Origin: an uncultured virus (IMG/VR IMGVR_UViG_3300044591_001667)
Lineage: Duplodnaviria > Heunggongvirae > Uroviricota > Caudoviricetes
Reading direction: 5' to 3' (one strand)
Virus record (IMG/VR): IMGVR_UViG_3300044591_001667
Length of the DNA: 64,000 bases
A program made the position numbers and the translations under genes. Positions 1-11,600 of this stretch are shown piece after piece (the stretch's first letter is position 1; each line of letters opens with the position of its first letter). The notes beneath the pieces were generated by a model. That model was not told where the DNA came from and did not search any database. It worked only from the letters and a program-made list of their open reading frames with translations.

Positions 1-368
1 TCCCAGAATTCTCTTTCTACTGCCTTCTGTGTTGCTGCCTCAAGCGCTTTAACTACTTGCGCGAAGCGGTCTTCTCCAGGAAGGCTAAATGTTGAATCAA
101 ATAGTTCTACATCTACGATGAATGGGATGTAGTCAATGTATGTGGTATCTCCAGCGTTATCGCTTAGAGTTCCGCCAGTTACAGACGCATCGTTAACTGT
201 TAAAAGACGAAGATATGAAGGTAGAGAGTCAAACTCTTGAGCTAAACGGCGCACCCAACGCTCGTCACCTTCGCGGCCCGTGTGCTGCATAACACGGGCA
301 ACGCTTAGGAGACCGCAAGGGGCAGGAACTAGCTCATTCGCTGGGAAAACTCCTCTGAATGTTGCCAT
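1..368 (-). CDS. Virion head protein directly downstream of the major capsid gene, possibly a second (pentamer-type) capsid protein; truncated by window edge
   Basis: Not in ORF track; read by hand: ATG at 368 after AAGGAG RBS, MATFRGVFPASELVPAPCGLLSVA...ALEAATQKAVERE, open to window start. Role inferred from position. Confidence 0.6.
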   Translation of the reverse strand, partial: MATFRGVFPANELVPAPCGLLSVARVMQHTGREGDERWVRRLAQEFDSLPSYLRLLTVNDASVTGGTLSDNAGDTTYIDYIPFIVDVELFDSTFSLPGEDRFAQVVKALEAATQKAVEREFW

Positions 369-420
369 TATTCTTTACTCCTTCGTTCCTAAGCGTTGCC
401 TACGTGTTATTTATCGAATT

Positions 421-2514
421 TTAGTATTCGACTGCTGCAGCTGTTGCTCCACCAGTAGTATCGCGGAGAGCTGCTGCTACACCGTTGATGCTAATAGATG
501 AAGTGATTGCAAGACCTTCGATACCGACCTTTGCAACACCTTCGAATGTTTCTACGAACATCTTGTAGTCGTTTGTACCGACTAGAGATGAATCGCGGAT
601 GATTCCAAGGTCCAAAGTTCCGCCATCTAGGAACAAGAATGTTCCTTCAGCGAATAGGTACCATGTGAAGCTGTCTGCGAACTCAACAAGTGCAGTTGCA
701 CCCTGAGCGCCGTAGACGTTCTGGTCTAGTGAGAATGAAACAACTACGTTGCGAGCTGCAAGGTAGCCATCAATTTCACCGTATGCATTTAGCAAGCTGT
801 CACCAGGCATTGATAGAGCAAGATCTGCTGCCATTGCATCCTTAACCCATGAAGGGATAATTACGCGAAGTGGAGCGTCTGACTCTAGACGGTGACGTGA
901 ACGGTATGCAGCTGCGGCGCGACCAACCTGTACTAGGAAGTCACGACCGAAACCGATTAGTGAAGAAGTTGTAACAGCTGTTGAGCCATCAGCAATCTTC
1001 GCTAGAAGGTTCTGCTCTGCCTCACGTGCGTGCTGAATAAGACCAAGCTCGTTGTGGCGAGCGATCAATTCAGGATATGCACGAGTTGCAAGGTTACCGA
1101 ACTGCATCTGGAGAGTTACAGCATCTGTTGCAACTGTGTTCTCGCCAGCAGCTGTAACAGTCAAGCTAGCCTTTGTTGATGGGTTTGGAGTTGTAGCTGC
1201 ATCGTTAGCAGCAGTCCAAACGCCAACAGCGTTTGCGTAGTCTGAAAGAACAGGTGGGGTAATGAAGCGAATACCACCACGGTCAGCTTGGAAACGAGGA
1301 AGAGCATCACGTACTGGACGTGCTGTTGTTCCGAATCCGAAGATGTCGTAGCGAACTTCAAATGGTGCAACGTGTCCACCAGCAGCTACGATAGCTTCTG
1401 GGGATGTTACATTGTTAATCTTTGCCCAGTTTGATTCAGCATCTGTTGTCAGAGTGCGCTCTTCTGGGAAAGAAGTGGTGATAGATGCAACGATGTGCTG
1501 CTCTCCATCTCCACCGTTGACACGACGTAGGGCGTGGATACGCTTTTCCATTGCTGATGCAACGGCTGTCATGTCCTCAAGAGTGGAACCTGCACTATAG
1601 CCAGGAATGTCAGCACCTGCCGTGATTGCCACGGGAGCGGCTGATACCTGAGCTACAGGACGGCGGTCCACTGGGACCTCTGGTGTGAGGTCGTCTGCGT
1701 TTGCAGCGGCGGTCACGGGTGCCTCCATAGTTTCCTGAACCACTACTGGTTCAATTGTTTGGGTTTCTTGAATTGAAGCTTCTGCTGCGTCTGCAACATC
1801 GGCTGCTGCATCTGCTGCATCATCTGATGCATCATCTGCGGTTGCATCAGAAGCAGTTGCTTCCTCTGCAGCATCTACAGGAGCGTCTGCAGCTGGTGCT
1901 GCTTCCTCTTCTGCTGATGCAATAACTACTGGTGCCTCTGTAGCAACTGGTGCTACTTCAGCTGTCTCGGTTGTTTCAGTTGAGAGCTCGACGGTCTTGT
2001 CCGCCTCGATTGACGCTTCGGTCATTGGCTTTTCCTTCTCCTCTTCCTTTTCTTTGTCTGCATCTGTTTCAGCAACAGGTGCTTCTTCAGCTGCAGGTGC
2101 GGATTCGGCAGGAGCAGCAGGAACTTCTTCAGCAGGAGCTGCGTCTTCTTCCTTCTTCTCCTCTTCCATTACAGGTGCTGCCATTTCAGGTGACTTTTCC
2201 ATTTCGGTGTCATCATCTTTAGCTTCATCTGTTTCTGGCATTTCGCCATCTTCCTTCTTGTCGTCGCCATATACACGGGATGCTGCTTCTGCGGCCCGCT
2301 GGGCGAGCTCCTGAACTGCGGCTTCGCGCTGCGATAACTCAGTACGAACTGAATCCAGCATGTCGGCGAGCGACTTCATAGCGTCAACTGATTCTGGAGT
2401 AATGTCAGATTTCTCAACCGATTCGAATTCACTGATGATTGACTGTTGAAGATCGGCAAGCTTATCGCTGTCGAGTTCAGACAGAGAATCCATCATTTCT
2501 TTGATTCGGTCCAC
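421..2514 (-). CDS. Major capsid protein with long acidic/Ala-rich scaffold-like N-terminal region
   Basis: 697 aa; C-terminal ~320 aa begins IVAAGGHVAPFEVRYDIF and contains LDGGTLDLGIIRDSSL..TNDYKMFVETFEG, resembling actinophage capsid proteins; downstream of protease and portal. Confidence 0.85.
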   Translation of the reverse strand: MDRIKEMMDSLSELDSDKLADLQQSIISEFESVEKSDITPESVDAMKSLADMLDSVRTELSQREAAVQELAQRAAEAASRVYGDDKKEDGEMPETDEAKDDDTEMEKSPEMAAPVMEEEKKEEDAAPAEEVPAAPAESAPAAEEAPVAETDADKEKEEEKEKPMTEASIEADKTVELSTETTETAEVAPVATEAPVVIASAEEEAAPAADAPVDAAEEATASDATADDASDDAADAAADVADAAEASIQETQTIEPVVVQETMEAPVTAAANADDLTPEVPVDRRPVAQVSAAPVAITAGADIPGYSAGSTLEDMTAVASAMEKRIHALRRVNGGDGEQHIVASITTSFPEERTLTTDAESNWAKINNVTSPEAIVAAGGHVAPFEVRYDIFGFGTTARPVRDALPRFQADRGGIRFITPPVLSDYANAVGVWTAANDAATTPNPSTKASLTVTAAGENTVATDAVTLQMQFGNLATRAYPELIARHNELGLIQHAREAEQNLLAKIADGSTAVTTSSLIGFGRDFLVQVGRAAAAYRSRHRLESDAPLRVIIPSWVKDAMAADLALSMPGDSLLNAYGEIDGYLAARNVVVSFSLDQNVYGAQGATALVEFADSFTWYLFAEGTFLFLDGGTLDLGIIRDSSLVGTNDYKMFVETFEGVAKVGIEGLAITSSISINGVAAALRDTTGGATAAAVEY

Positions 2515-2683
2515 TGTCCCTCCTTGGGCAGTTGTGTAGAACAGAAAATAGTTCTATCGCTGATTAGTCGAGGCCGAGGGACTCCGAGAGACGCAATAAA
2601 TGCGTGGAGGCACTCCACCTAGTTATAAATGGTACAACCATCTATAAAAGGTGATTGGACGGAAAACGCCGTGTTTCTGTCCT

Positions 2684-3805
2684 TTATGTTAAGAGTCTTA
2701 AAAGCTTTGCCATCTGGCCAGAAATCTCTGACTGGTTGTAAAGCTCACTACCAGACATAAACTTCTTTAGCTCTGTGGTTGCAATATCGGCATCCTCTTG
2801 GCCAATCTTGTCTTCGACCCGAGAAATCATGTCTTTCATAAGCTTACGAAGAGCTGGTGGAACATCAGAAAAGCGAATCTTTTCTGCATCTTTACCGAAG
2901 CCAAAAGGAAGGTTTGCAATGACTTTTCCAAGCTCAGCGGAGCTTGTTCGGATGTTTTCTAAAGCTTCAGGATTTAGTGCTTTTGCGTCCAATCGGTCAA
3001 TAATTCCGATTAAGTCTTCAGCTGCTTTAGCTGCGTTGCCATAATTTCCAGCGTTATCAAGGTTTTCAGCCTCTTCAACCTTGTCAATTACACGGTCGAG
3101 TCCAGCTGTACCAAGATCAGACTTTAAACGAGCAAGTACTAAACGGAACTTTCCTGAAGCATCACGAGGTTGAGTTTCAGGGGTGTACTTAGCCCGCTCG
3201 TCTCTTGCTGCTTTTTCTACCTTTAAAGCTTTAACTTCTTCTTCTGTAAGACCCTCTAGCTCGGGGGCAGCAGCAGCAAAGTCAACTGAATATTCGTGGT
3301 CTTCTTTACAGTTTTCTGGGTCAGATAGAAGAATAACTACTTCCTCTTCTGGCTCCCAGCTACCATCAAAGTCTGAGTCTGATTCGGTGACAATGGCATC
3401 TATATCCATAGCCATATCCTCGTCAGTTACTTCAGTATTGAAGTTTTCAATATTTGAAAAAAGTGCTTCTGAAAGTTCAATGTATGCCAAATCTAGCTCT
3501 GAAAGATTCTTCTTGTGACGCTTAGCATGAGTAGCAGTGTAAATACCTAGTGCTTCTTTATGGCGAAGCTGGCAGTAACCCTTAGCACGAGCACCCATGT
3601 ACTTGGATAGATAGCCAACGCATCTCTTCCAGTCACCTGGCTGACCCCAACGGATTTTGAGGGCACCCTTCCCGCGGGTCCAGTAGCGACGTAGCTTTTC
3701 AGCATTGCCTCTATTACGGTCTGCACCGCCAGCAGCAATCATGGCTTCGGCTGTAAAAATAGCCTCGTACATTCTGCTAGCTACTTCGTCAATATTTTGA
3801 GTCAC
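2684..3805 (-). CDS. Head-module protein sharing the NAEKLRRYW Cys/His domain with the protease fusion
   Basis: 373 aa between protease and capsid genes; QPRDASGKF motif. Confidence 0.7.
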   Translation of the reverse strand: MTQNIDEVASRMYEAIFTAEAMIAAGGADRNRGNAEKLRRYWTRGKGALKIRWGQPGDWKRCVGYLSKYMGARAKGYCQLRHKEALGIYTATHAKRHKKNLSELDLAYIELSEALFSNIENFNTEVTDEDMAMDIDAIVTESDSDFDGSWEPEEEVVILLSDPENCKEDHEYSVDFAAAAPELEGLTEEEVKALKVEKAARDERAKYTPETQPRDASGKFRLVLARLKSDLGTAGLDRVIDKVEEAENLDNAGNYGNAAKAAEDLIGIIDRLDAKALNPEALENIRTSSAELGKVIANLPFGFGKDAEKIRFSDVPPALRKLMKDMISRVEDKIGQEDADIATTELKKFMSGSELYNQSEISGQMAKLLRLLT

Positions 3806-3820
3806 TAGTTATCCTTTAGA

Positions 3821-6800
3821 TTAGTTGTCAGAAACTTCAAGCTTTGCAGCAGCAGCGATTGCTCTCTCCTTGAAGCTCTCTACATCGATAGAAGCAGATG
3901 ACCACTTTTGTGGGATAAGAGTTTCTTTACCAAGAGCACGAGCACGCTTCATAATGTGCTTCTGCACAAGGCCACGCTTACCAGCTTTTGCTCGTCCATA
4001 TGCATGAATGGCTGCCTTTAGGTCAGTCGCATTGCGAATAGGAAATGAGCCATCTGGAAGAGCCTTACCTTCGTCAGCAAGCTTCTTGCGCTCGCGACGA
4101 GTTACGACTGCCATCTCTGATTCAGGATTGTCGTCAAACATTTGAATCATATAATCGCTAGCTGAGTCAGCTGATGCTTTTGCACTTGCGATACGTGCAG
4201 AGAGTTCTGCTGCTGTATCTCTTAGAGCAGCGACTTGGTCCTGCTTATAGATAGCCTCGAGAGCATCAATCTTTGCGTTTAGTTCTGCAAGTGGGTCATG
4301 CTTCATTTGAGCAAGAACGTTAGCACCTGCAGCAACCAAAGCCATAACTTGACCTGATGCAACACGAGCACGAGCAATTGGGAATCCTGGAACGTTTACC
4401 TGACAAACTGCAACAAGCTCAAGGTGACCCTTAATTGGACGCCAGTCTCCTGATGGTGCTGATGCACGAGCTGCACGAATCTGCTCTGGAGTTGTGCCTG
4501 GGCGTAGAGCACCAGCAACCCAAATACCAAAAGCATCTTCACCTGCATGCACATCTGCAAAAGCAGAAGCTGTGTCATCATAGTGACGAACTGCTTCATC
4601 AGCAGAAGCCTCGAGACCTGCGTGACCGCCAGCCAAAGTTAGTTGACCAACTGGAACATCCTTACCGTCTTCAGTACGAATAACACCAGTGTGGAAATAT
4701 GAATACTTAGAACGACTACGTGGAGGACGAGTTCCAAATGCCATTCCAATGTGGTCTACATGCCATGCAGCGATGTGACCGAATACGCGACCCTCATCAG
4801 TGATGGTTAGAGGAGTTGGCTTATCAAGCTTCTGATTCTCAAACCATGAAGCAGGAGGCTCTACAGGAATAGCACCAGCAACAATGCCGCATGCGACAAG
4901 CGCAGAAGCATCAAGTGGGTTCACCCCATCTACATAAATACCGTCTGGAACTGCCATTTCTTCCTCCTCAATCTCGCTGCCATCGTCAACGATTTGGATA
5001 TAACACTCTTGGAATGCTGGCTTAGGCACAATTGTGACAGCCATAATTCGAGCGTTCTTGATTACTATTCTACCTGCCTCTACTTTTCCTGAGTCCTCAG
5101 AAGCCTCTTCTTCATCAGCTTCAAACATATCCATGTCAGCAGATACTCCACGGATAAACCCATGACGAACAAGCCTTTCAGCTTCTTTTCCAAATTCGCC
5201 ATTGTCGAAAACGCCTACAGCGTTTCCAATTCCTCCATCAACACGCTCCATATGCGTAATTTGACCAACAACTACAGAGCCATCATGTCCCTGACCAGTT
5301 TTAATCTGCCAAAGCAGAGGAAGCGGTAGGTCACGCATAACTATTACACCTTTATCAAAGATGCGACCGTCGCCAGATTCCTTCTCCTCAGGGATTACTA
5401 GAGGGATGACAAATTTTGCTCCGTGTTCTGTTGGTTTTGCACCTTCACGACCCATAAATTGAGCTTTAGCCGATTCAGCACGAGCACCTAGAGTGAACGA
5501 ATCAATAATTTGTTCTTCTGAGCGCAATGCTTCAATACTAGAAACTAAAGACTTCTTCTTCATACCTGGGTTGCGCTTGTCTCCCGGCCACATACCAGTC
5601 ATCTCTTTGTGGCGAAGTGCGCAATAACCCTTTGAACGAGGTCCAAGATATTTTGAAAGGTATTTATGACAACGAGTCCAGTCTCCTGGAGAGTTCCAAC
5701 GAATCTTTAATCCACCCTTGCCAACTGTCCAATAACGACGTAGCTTCTCTGCGTTACCGCGATTTTGATCTACACCACCAGCAGCAGTGATTGGGTTGAG
5801 TGTTAAAGCCATTGCGAGGTTGAGTCGTACTGAAGCAACAACGCCGCCGTCAATTTGTGAAACAACATCAGCCAACATCTCTGTACTAAGCACAATAGTT
5901 GGTGGAGGGGTAGGGCTATTTAAGTCAGCAAGAATTCTTTCATCGCGAATCCACTTGCGGTCACGACGCTTGAATGTTGAAGGTTGATTTGTATCTAAAC
6001 CTGCTGGAACAACAGCAACTAGCTCCATAACTGCTGCTGGGTCATCCTCAGCAACAATTGCGATGTACATAGGAGCAACATCTGTTTTTTCTGGAGTAAT
6101 TTCATAGTTAGGCTTTTTACCCTCAGCTGAAGAAATAATTGACATCTCAAGACTTGGGTCAAACTTCTTCATATAGTCTGCTGCGCTAATCTTTTTTACA
6201 TCTTTTGCAGACTTCTTCTCTTCTACTTTAGGACCAAGGTCTCCATAAGTACGGCTAGGTCTGTACCAACCATCTCTGTGGTATGCAGTCTCAGGTGAGG
6301 CACTCTTGTTGTACTTCTTGTCCAACCAGTCGCGAAGGAGTGGGTTGTTGTAAACATTTTCTGTAGTTGCAGGATTCCAACCTGGCTTTGGAGTTCCATC
6401 TGGATTAAAAGAACCTGTGTAGTACTGACCAAGCACACTGTTAATGTCCATCTTTCCATTTGGAGTAGTAGGAACTTGTGCCTGTGCTTGCTGAGCAGTT
6501 AGAGATACAGGATTTCCTGTGTACTCTGGGGTAAGCCGCTGGTCAGACATCCACGAAGAAAAATCTGTGAGCATTACTTGCAAGCTATTTACAGTCAATG
6601 GTGGGAGACGTCCTGGCATAGTTGCCTGAGGCTCGTCAATAGGAACTCGAGGCTCTCCAAGAATTCCAGAAGTGTCTAACTCAAAGCTTGGAAATCCTTG
6701 AACAGGAAGAGGTTGGAAATCTTCTTGCAACTGAGTCTGATTTGCAGGAACTGCAACAACATTGCCACTTGGGAATTCAACATTTGCTTCTTGAGTTTGT

Positions 6801-8005
6801 GAATTGATAGAAAGAATTTTTCCTGTGTACTTAGGGTCGTTTCCAACAATGACAGTGCTTCCAGCTTTTGCAAACTTACCTAGCTGGTCACGAACTTGCC
6901 CCTTTGCCTTTTCAGAACGCTCTTCAGGAGTGTAATCTCCATCGGTGTTAGTTGGAGCCTCTGTTGTTGGTGCACCAACAGCAATAAGTCCATCATCCCA
7001 TTCGTCTATTTCATAAACTTCATCTTCAGAAAGCTGGTCTAGGAACTTCCAGTCAATTTCTGGAATTGCTTTCTCTATCAAATCTGATTCATTGAAATCA
7101 ATCATTTGCATTGAAATTGCATCAAATGGATTGTTATCCAACATTGCAGAAATCTTTACTGCTGACTCACGGTCAACAGGAGTGTGGATTTTTTGAACTT
7201 GGTCATATGGGTCATCAAGTGATTTGTCATATGTAATAAAGTCGTGATCGATGTGACCTAAATCTTCCCAGCAGCCGTCGTCCCAAACGGTGCAGTAACC
7301 TTCCATATCTACTTTGTATAGACGGTCAACCCCTGAACCATCTAGACGGATACGAATGTAAAAATCTGGCTCATACTCAGATGGAGTAAAAGCTGTGTAA
7401 TCAATTCTTTGAACAGGCATGAAATCTTCAATAGAAGCAACTACAGAGTTGTTTACTCGCTTCTTGTTATCTCTTTCGACAATTGCAGATGCCCAACGCT
7501 TAGCAGCGTCCCCGCCCCAAAGCGCCCATGCAATGCGACCATTACTTGGATAGTTTGTTTGGCCTGGTTTGTAGCCTTTGCCTTTCTTGTCTACTTCGTG
7601 GCGTGGAAAATACTTTGCAATATGACGAATCTTTTGGATACCAATCTGACCACCCTGCGCTAGAGTGCGTGCAGTATTCAGGCCAACAGGTGTGCCACCA
7701 CGTTTTTCTTCACGTCTCCAAGCGAGACCTCTTTTAGCTTCTGCAACAACAGCATCAGGAATTGTGTACATGTTGCTGCTATCGCCATTACTTAAAACTT
7801 TAATATCTAGGTCAGTTACGGCAGCGTTGGCTAATTCATAAGAAGAAGCTGTTGGCTTTTCACCATAGGTGTTCCACTCAGCGGAAGCCAATAAAACAAC
7901 GCTTGAATCTACTCGAACAACTGTGTTAGTTGACTCGTCAATAACTGTTGCCAAGTCTTCATTCGAGAAGAGAACGTATGTTTCGTTTCTGCCTAGAAAT
8001 TCCAT
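3821..8005 (-). CDS. Capsid maturation (prohead) protease, multidomain fusion
   Basis: 1394 aa; GDGRIF..LPLPLLWQ..GHDGS..GVSADMD protease-like domain, second GRVFGHIAAW..HYDD..SGDWR domain, N-terminal AWALWGGDA domain, C-terminal ALPDGSFPIRN..DLKAAI domain. Confidence 0.8.
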   Translation of the reverse strand: MEFLGRNETYVLFSNEDLATVIDESTNTVVRVDSSVVLLASAEWNTYGEKPTASSYELANAAVTDLDIKVLSNGDSSNMYTIPDAVVAEAKRGLAWRREEKRGGTPVGLNTARTLAQGGQIGIQKIRHIAKYFPRHEVDKKGKGYKPGQTNYPSNGRIAWALWGGDAAKRWASAIVERDNKKRVNNSVVASIEDFMPVQRIDYTAFTPSEYEPDFYIRIRLDGSGVDRLYKVDMEGYCTVWDDGCWEDLGHIDHDFITYDKSLDDPYDQVQKIHTPVDRESAVKISAMLDNNPFDAISMQMIDFNESDLIEKAIPEIDWKFLDQLSEDEVYEIDEWDDGLIAVGAPTTEAPTNTDGDYTPEERSEKAKGQVRDQLGKFAKAGSTVIVGNDPKYTGKILSINSQTQEANVEFPSGNVVAVPANQTQLQEDFQPLPVQGFPSFELDTSGILGEPRVPIDEPQATMPGRLPPLTVNSLQVMLTDFSSWMSDQRLTPEYTGNPVSLTAQQAQAQVPTTPNGKMDINSVLGQYYTGSFNPDGTPKPGWNPATTENVYNNPLLRDWLDKKYNKSASPETAYHRDGWYRPSRTYGDLGPKVEEKKSAKDVKKISAADYMKKFDPSLEMSIISSAEGKKPNYEITPEKTDVAPMYIAIVAEDDPAAVMELVAVVPAGLDTNQPSTFKRRDRKWIRDERILADLNSPTPPPTIVLSTEMLADVVSQIDGGVVASVRLNLAMALTLNPITAAGGVDQNRGNAEKLRRYWTVGKGGLKIRWNSPGDWTRCHKYLSKYLGPRSKGYCALRHKEMTGMWPGDKRNPGMKKKSLVSSIEALRSEEQIIDSFTLGARAESAKAQFMGREGAKPTEHGAKFVIPLVIPEEKESGDGRIFDKGVIVMRDLPLPLLWQIKTGQGHDGSVVVGQITHMERVDGGIGNAVGVFDNGEFGKEAERLVRHGFIRGVSADMDMFEADEEEASEDSGKVEAGRIVIKNARIMAVTIVPKPAFQECYIQIVDDGSEIEEEEMAVPDGIYVDGVNPLDASALVACGIVAGAIPVEPPASWFENQKLDKPTPLTITDEGRVFGHIAAWHVDHIGMAFGTRPPRSRSKYSYFHTGVIRTEDGKDVPVGQLTLAGGHAGLEASADEAVRHYDDTASAFADVHAGEDAFGIWVAGALRPGTTPEQIRAARASAPSGDWRPIKGHLELVAVCQVNVPGFPIARARVASGQVMALVAAGANVLAQMKHDPLAELNAKIDALEAIYKQDQVAALRDTAAELSARIASAKASADSASDYMIQMFDDNPESEMAVVTRRERKKLADEGKALPDGSFPIRNATDLKAAIHAYGRAKAGKRGLVQKHIMKRARALGKETLIPQKWSSASIDVESFKERAIAAAAKLEVSDN

Positions 8006-8007
8006 GA

Positions 8008-8613
8008 TTATTCCTCTACTGCGTACGCTGCTAGGTCAGTCTTAGTGAGTTTGTCACCAGCATCCCAGCGGGCTACGAGATCTTTTGCTTTGAGAACGTC
8101 AATGTCTGTGATTTCTGAACCGTCATACTCTTCAGACTTTTCGGCAGTGGCAGGAATCCACTTACCATCGGTGCGGAAGAAAGTACCTAGCTCAGCAACC
8201 GTGAAGACAACAGCCGTAACATCACCAGCATCGTTGGACAACGCTTCAACAGCTTGTTCCAAACCGACTTGCTCGTCGATTGCCATCATTTCCTCCATCA
8301 TTTGCGGGGTTAGAGTGATTCCATAACCAGTAAGAAGCGCAGAGTCGTCCTCTGTGAACTTTCTGATTCGGTATGTACCATCGAACGCAGCAAACTCAAT
8401 TGTACCCTCGGTTTTAGTAACTAACTCTGGATCAACTGGGTAAAACATGCCGCGTCCTCCACGAACGAGGATGCCACTATCGGCCTCATCGTCGTCTCCC
8501 TCATATACGAACTGAACTGCATCGAATACAGGGAATTTGCTTCGGTCTTCTCCCGAAAGTTTTTCTATTACACCAGGAGTACCAAAAATTACATCTTCAG
8601 AGATAAGAGCCAT
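8008..8613 (-). CDS. Hypothetical acidic protein, head module
   Basis: 201 aa, start overlaps stop of upstream gene (TAATG). Confidence 0.7.
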   Translation of the reverse strand: MALISEDVIFGTPGVIEKLSGEDRSKFPVFDAVQFVYEGDDDEADSGILVRGGRGMFYPVDPELVTKTEGTIEFAAFDGTYRIRKFTEDDSALLTGYGITLTPQMMEEMMAIDEQVGLEQAVEALSNDAGDVTAVVFTVAELGTFFRTDGKWIPATAEKSEEYDGSEITDIDVLKAKDLVARWDAGDKLTKTDLAAYAVEE

Positions 8614-11600
8614 TATTTCTTAGCCCCCTTCTTTTTCTTTTTGCCAGAAACAATGTCTGCCAAATCTGTCAAACCTTCGCTCATCAAACGCTCAATGAGT
8701 TTCTCTCTAATAGCAGCTGGCATAGAGATGGAGGATAAGTCTGCCCAAGAAAGGTTCTTCTTGAACATCAACTCGCCGTAGCTGTTGCTTAGAGACTGAA
8801 CAATGTCTTCTGAATCAGACTGAAGCTGTCCGTACTTGTCAGAATTGTTTTTATAATAATCAAGACGACGAAGCACGTTCTTAGAATTAAAGTAGAAAGC
8901 TAGATTTGTGGAAGTGCTAGAACCCTTTGATGATGGAGAAGCAAAAACATAGTTTCCGCCGTTAGCATCGATATCGGAGGAAGAAGACATTCCGCTCTTA
9001 TTAATGCCATTCATCCAACGAGTGGCAGTAGCGTAAATTCCTCCAGATGTAATCATGTTGTAGAACCAGTCAACACTGTTTGTCTGGTCTCCACCCTTCC
9101 ACTGATGAACAATAAAAGGGGAGAATCCTGTCTTTTCCATCAACTTATCGACTGCAGATTCTGGCATGTAGTAATTAACTCGACCACGAGCAAGAGGGTC
9201 AACTACAACCTCAACATCATCTGCTGTAAATCCATACTCATCTTTGATGATTTGTAGTGTCTTCTCACGAAGTTCACCTGCGTAGTTCTTCTTTCCATCG
9301 GTAGAAGAGCCAAGCAGCCAAATCATCTTGTTCTCAATCACGCCTCTAACATCCGACTCAAGGGCAGGACGAACCTGAGAAATACCACCAAGAGAGTTGA
9401 GAGCTTCTGCTACATCTTCTGAAGTTGCATCTGCTGGCAAATAGATTTCTGCTTTATTGTGGAAAGAAACTGCATAAGGACTGCTGCTGTGATATTTAAA
9501 GAAGTCAACATCAGTGTCATCAATTGACTTAGATGCACGATGGAGGAGGAAAGTTCCCTTTCCAGCAGGTCCTTCAAAAGTCACACCGTTCTTGTTTGAA
9601 TCAACAGTGCTGGTGTCCCAAACATCTTTCCATACAAGTGAACCATCTTGCTGCTTTTCCCACTTACCAAGTCGCAAAGCTTTACTCTTAGAAATGTTTG
9701 AATCAGAGTCTGCTTTTGCAGCAACTTGTTTTCCAGCCCAGTTGGTAAGAGTGAATTGAAGACGAAGCTTCTTCTCGCCTTTTTCATCTGTAACCATGCC
9801 AACATGTACTTCCAAATCCTCAATTGAATCTGAGTCAAGCAAAGTGGTTGAACCATTAGCAGCTTCTGCTGGGTTATCGTTCTTTGCCATCTTCAAAGAA
9901 TCTTCTAGAGAAGGAACTTCTGGGTGAGGAGACTTTGAATAGTCAGGAGCAGCATCAAGTGTTTGGACAGAAAAACCTGGACCGTTTACAGAGAACTTAT
10001 CCTTAAGTGCTTTTGCCTCTGCTGCTTGCTGAGCCTTCTTTGCAGCTTCTGCTTGCTTTTTAGCATAAGCCTCGCCTTTAGCCTTGGCAGCAGTCTTTGA
10101 CTTATCAAACAAAGTCGGGTCTAGAGTAATGTCTAGCTCTTTTGCTTGCTCGGGTGTGATGAACTTTTCGCGAGACCAAATTTTGTCTGGGGAGAAAGTT
10201 TTGGTCTGTCCTGCAAGAGGACCGTCAAAGAATGAGACATAAACTTCTTTTGCTTTAGCGTCTTGCTTTGATACAACACCATAGCTAGTCAAGTCTTGGT
10301 CTGAATCATTTGGATCTGCGTTCTGAACCAAAATACCTGGAACCATGTTCTTGCTGTTAGGGTCCTTCAAAAACTCTCCTGAAAGGAAGTTCTTATAATC
10401 TGAGTAATCGTTTGCACCGTATGCAGCTAAGTGTCCAACAGAGTTTTTAGCTACTGCTTTTGACTCTACATCTGCGATTGCAGTAGCACCTGCTAAATCA
10501 GTACCTTCATAAGTTGGAAGGTCTACAGATGTAGTTGGTACTGCTGCTGGTGCAGGACTATCTGGAGTCTTTGGAGTTGGAGGAGTTCCACCACCACCAT
10601 TACCGCCATCAGTTGGACCTTCTGGTTCGTCTGGCTTAACACCAGATGTATCTTGAATCTCGAGGTATGTTGAAGGCTTCCAAGCCTTTACACCTGAGTC
10701 ATCCCACTTAACTTTTGCAACGTCAGTGTATGTGTAGCCAGCTGGGTTTGATTTTGACTTACCAGTGACAAACTCATCCTTGAGAGAAACTACTTTTCCA
10801 GTCTTACCAGTCTTAGTATCTTTGACAACCATTCCAACCTTGATTGGGGTCTTTCCATCTGCAGATACGTATGAACCCTTTTGGGTTGGAAGTGCAGAAG
10901 GTGCAATAGTGCCTGGAGTTTCTGGCTTGGACTTAGAGATAACCTTGCTTGGAGTTATCTTTGCCTTCCACTTTTCACTCTCAATACGACTAGACAACGC
11001 TGTGTATGAGTGCCAACGACCTGCAAGAGTTTTTACTCTTGTGCTTCCGTCATTACTCTTGATTCGGTGATAAACACTGAATGTGTTATCAGAGTTGCGC
11101 TTAACCATTGTGTAAATGGTTGAACCTGATGGAGTTACATTCTCTGCAACAACAATGTCACCGTTTTCGATGATGGAAATTCCCTTTTCATCTTTAACCT
11201 TGGCCCAAATCAAGTCTGGAGTAAGAGGAGTCTTAAGTTCCTCTGCCAAAGCAACAGGGTCAATAGGTGGAACTTCATCTTCTGGTGCAGCGTCTTCATC
11301 TGGAGTAAGAGCCTGAGATAGGTCAGACTGAATCTTTTCTTCAGGAGTTGCATCAGGACCAGCTACAGATTCTTTAACCTTGATATCTTCAAGAATTGAA
11401 TCAATAAGGTCAGTGTTTGCACCATCTTGACCCTTGAGAGACTCAAGTAAGTCCTTTGTCTTGCCTTGATTGCCAAAAAGCTTTTCAGCAAGAGCAGAAA
11501 CTTCATCAAGAACCTTTTGCTTTTCAGCAGGATCAATTTGAGCAGCCTCTGGAGCCTGTGGAAGTTCCTTCTCAGGTGTTGGAGCAGCCTCTGGTGCTTC

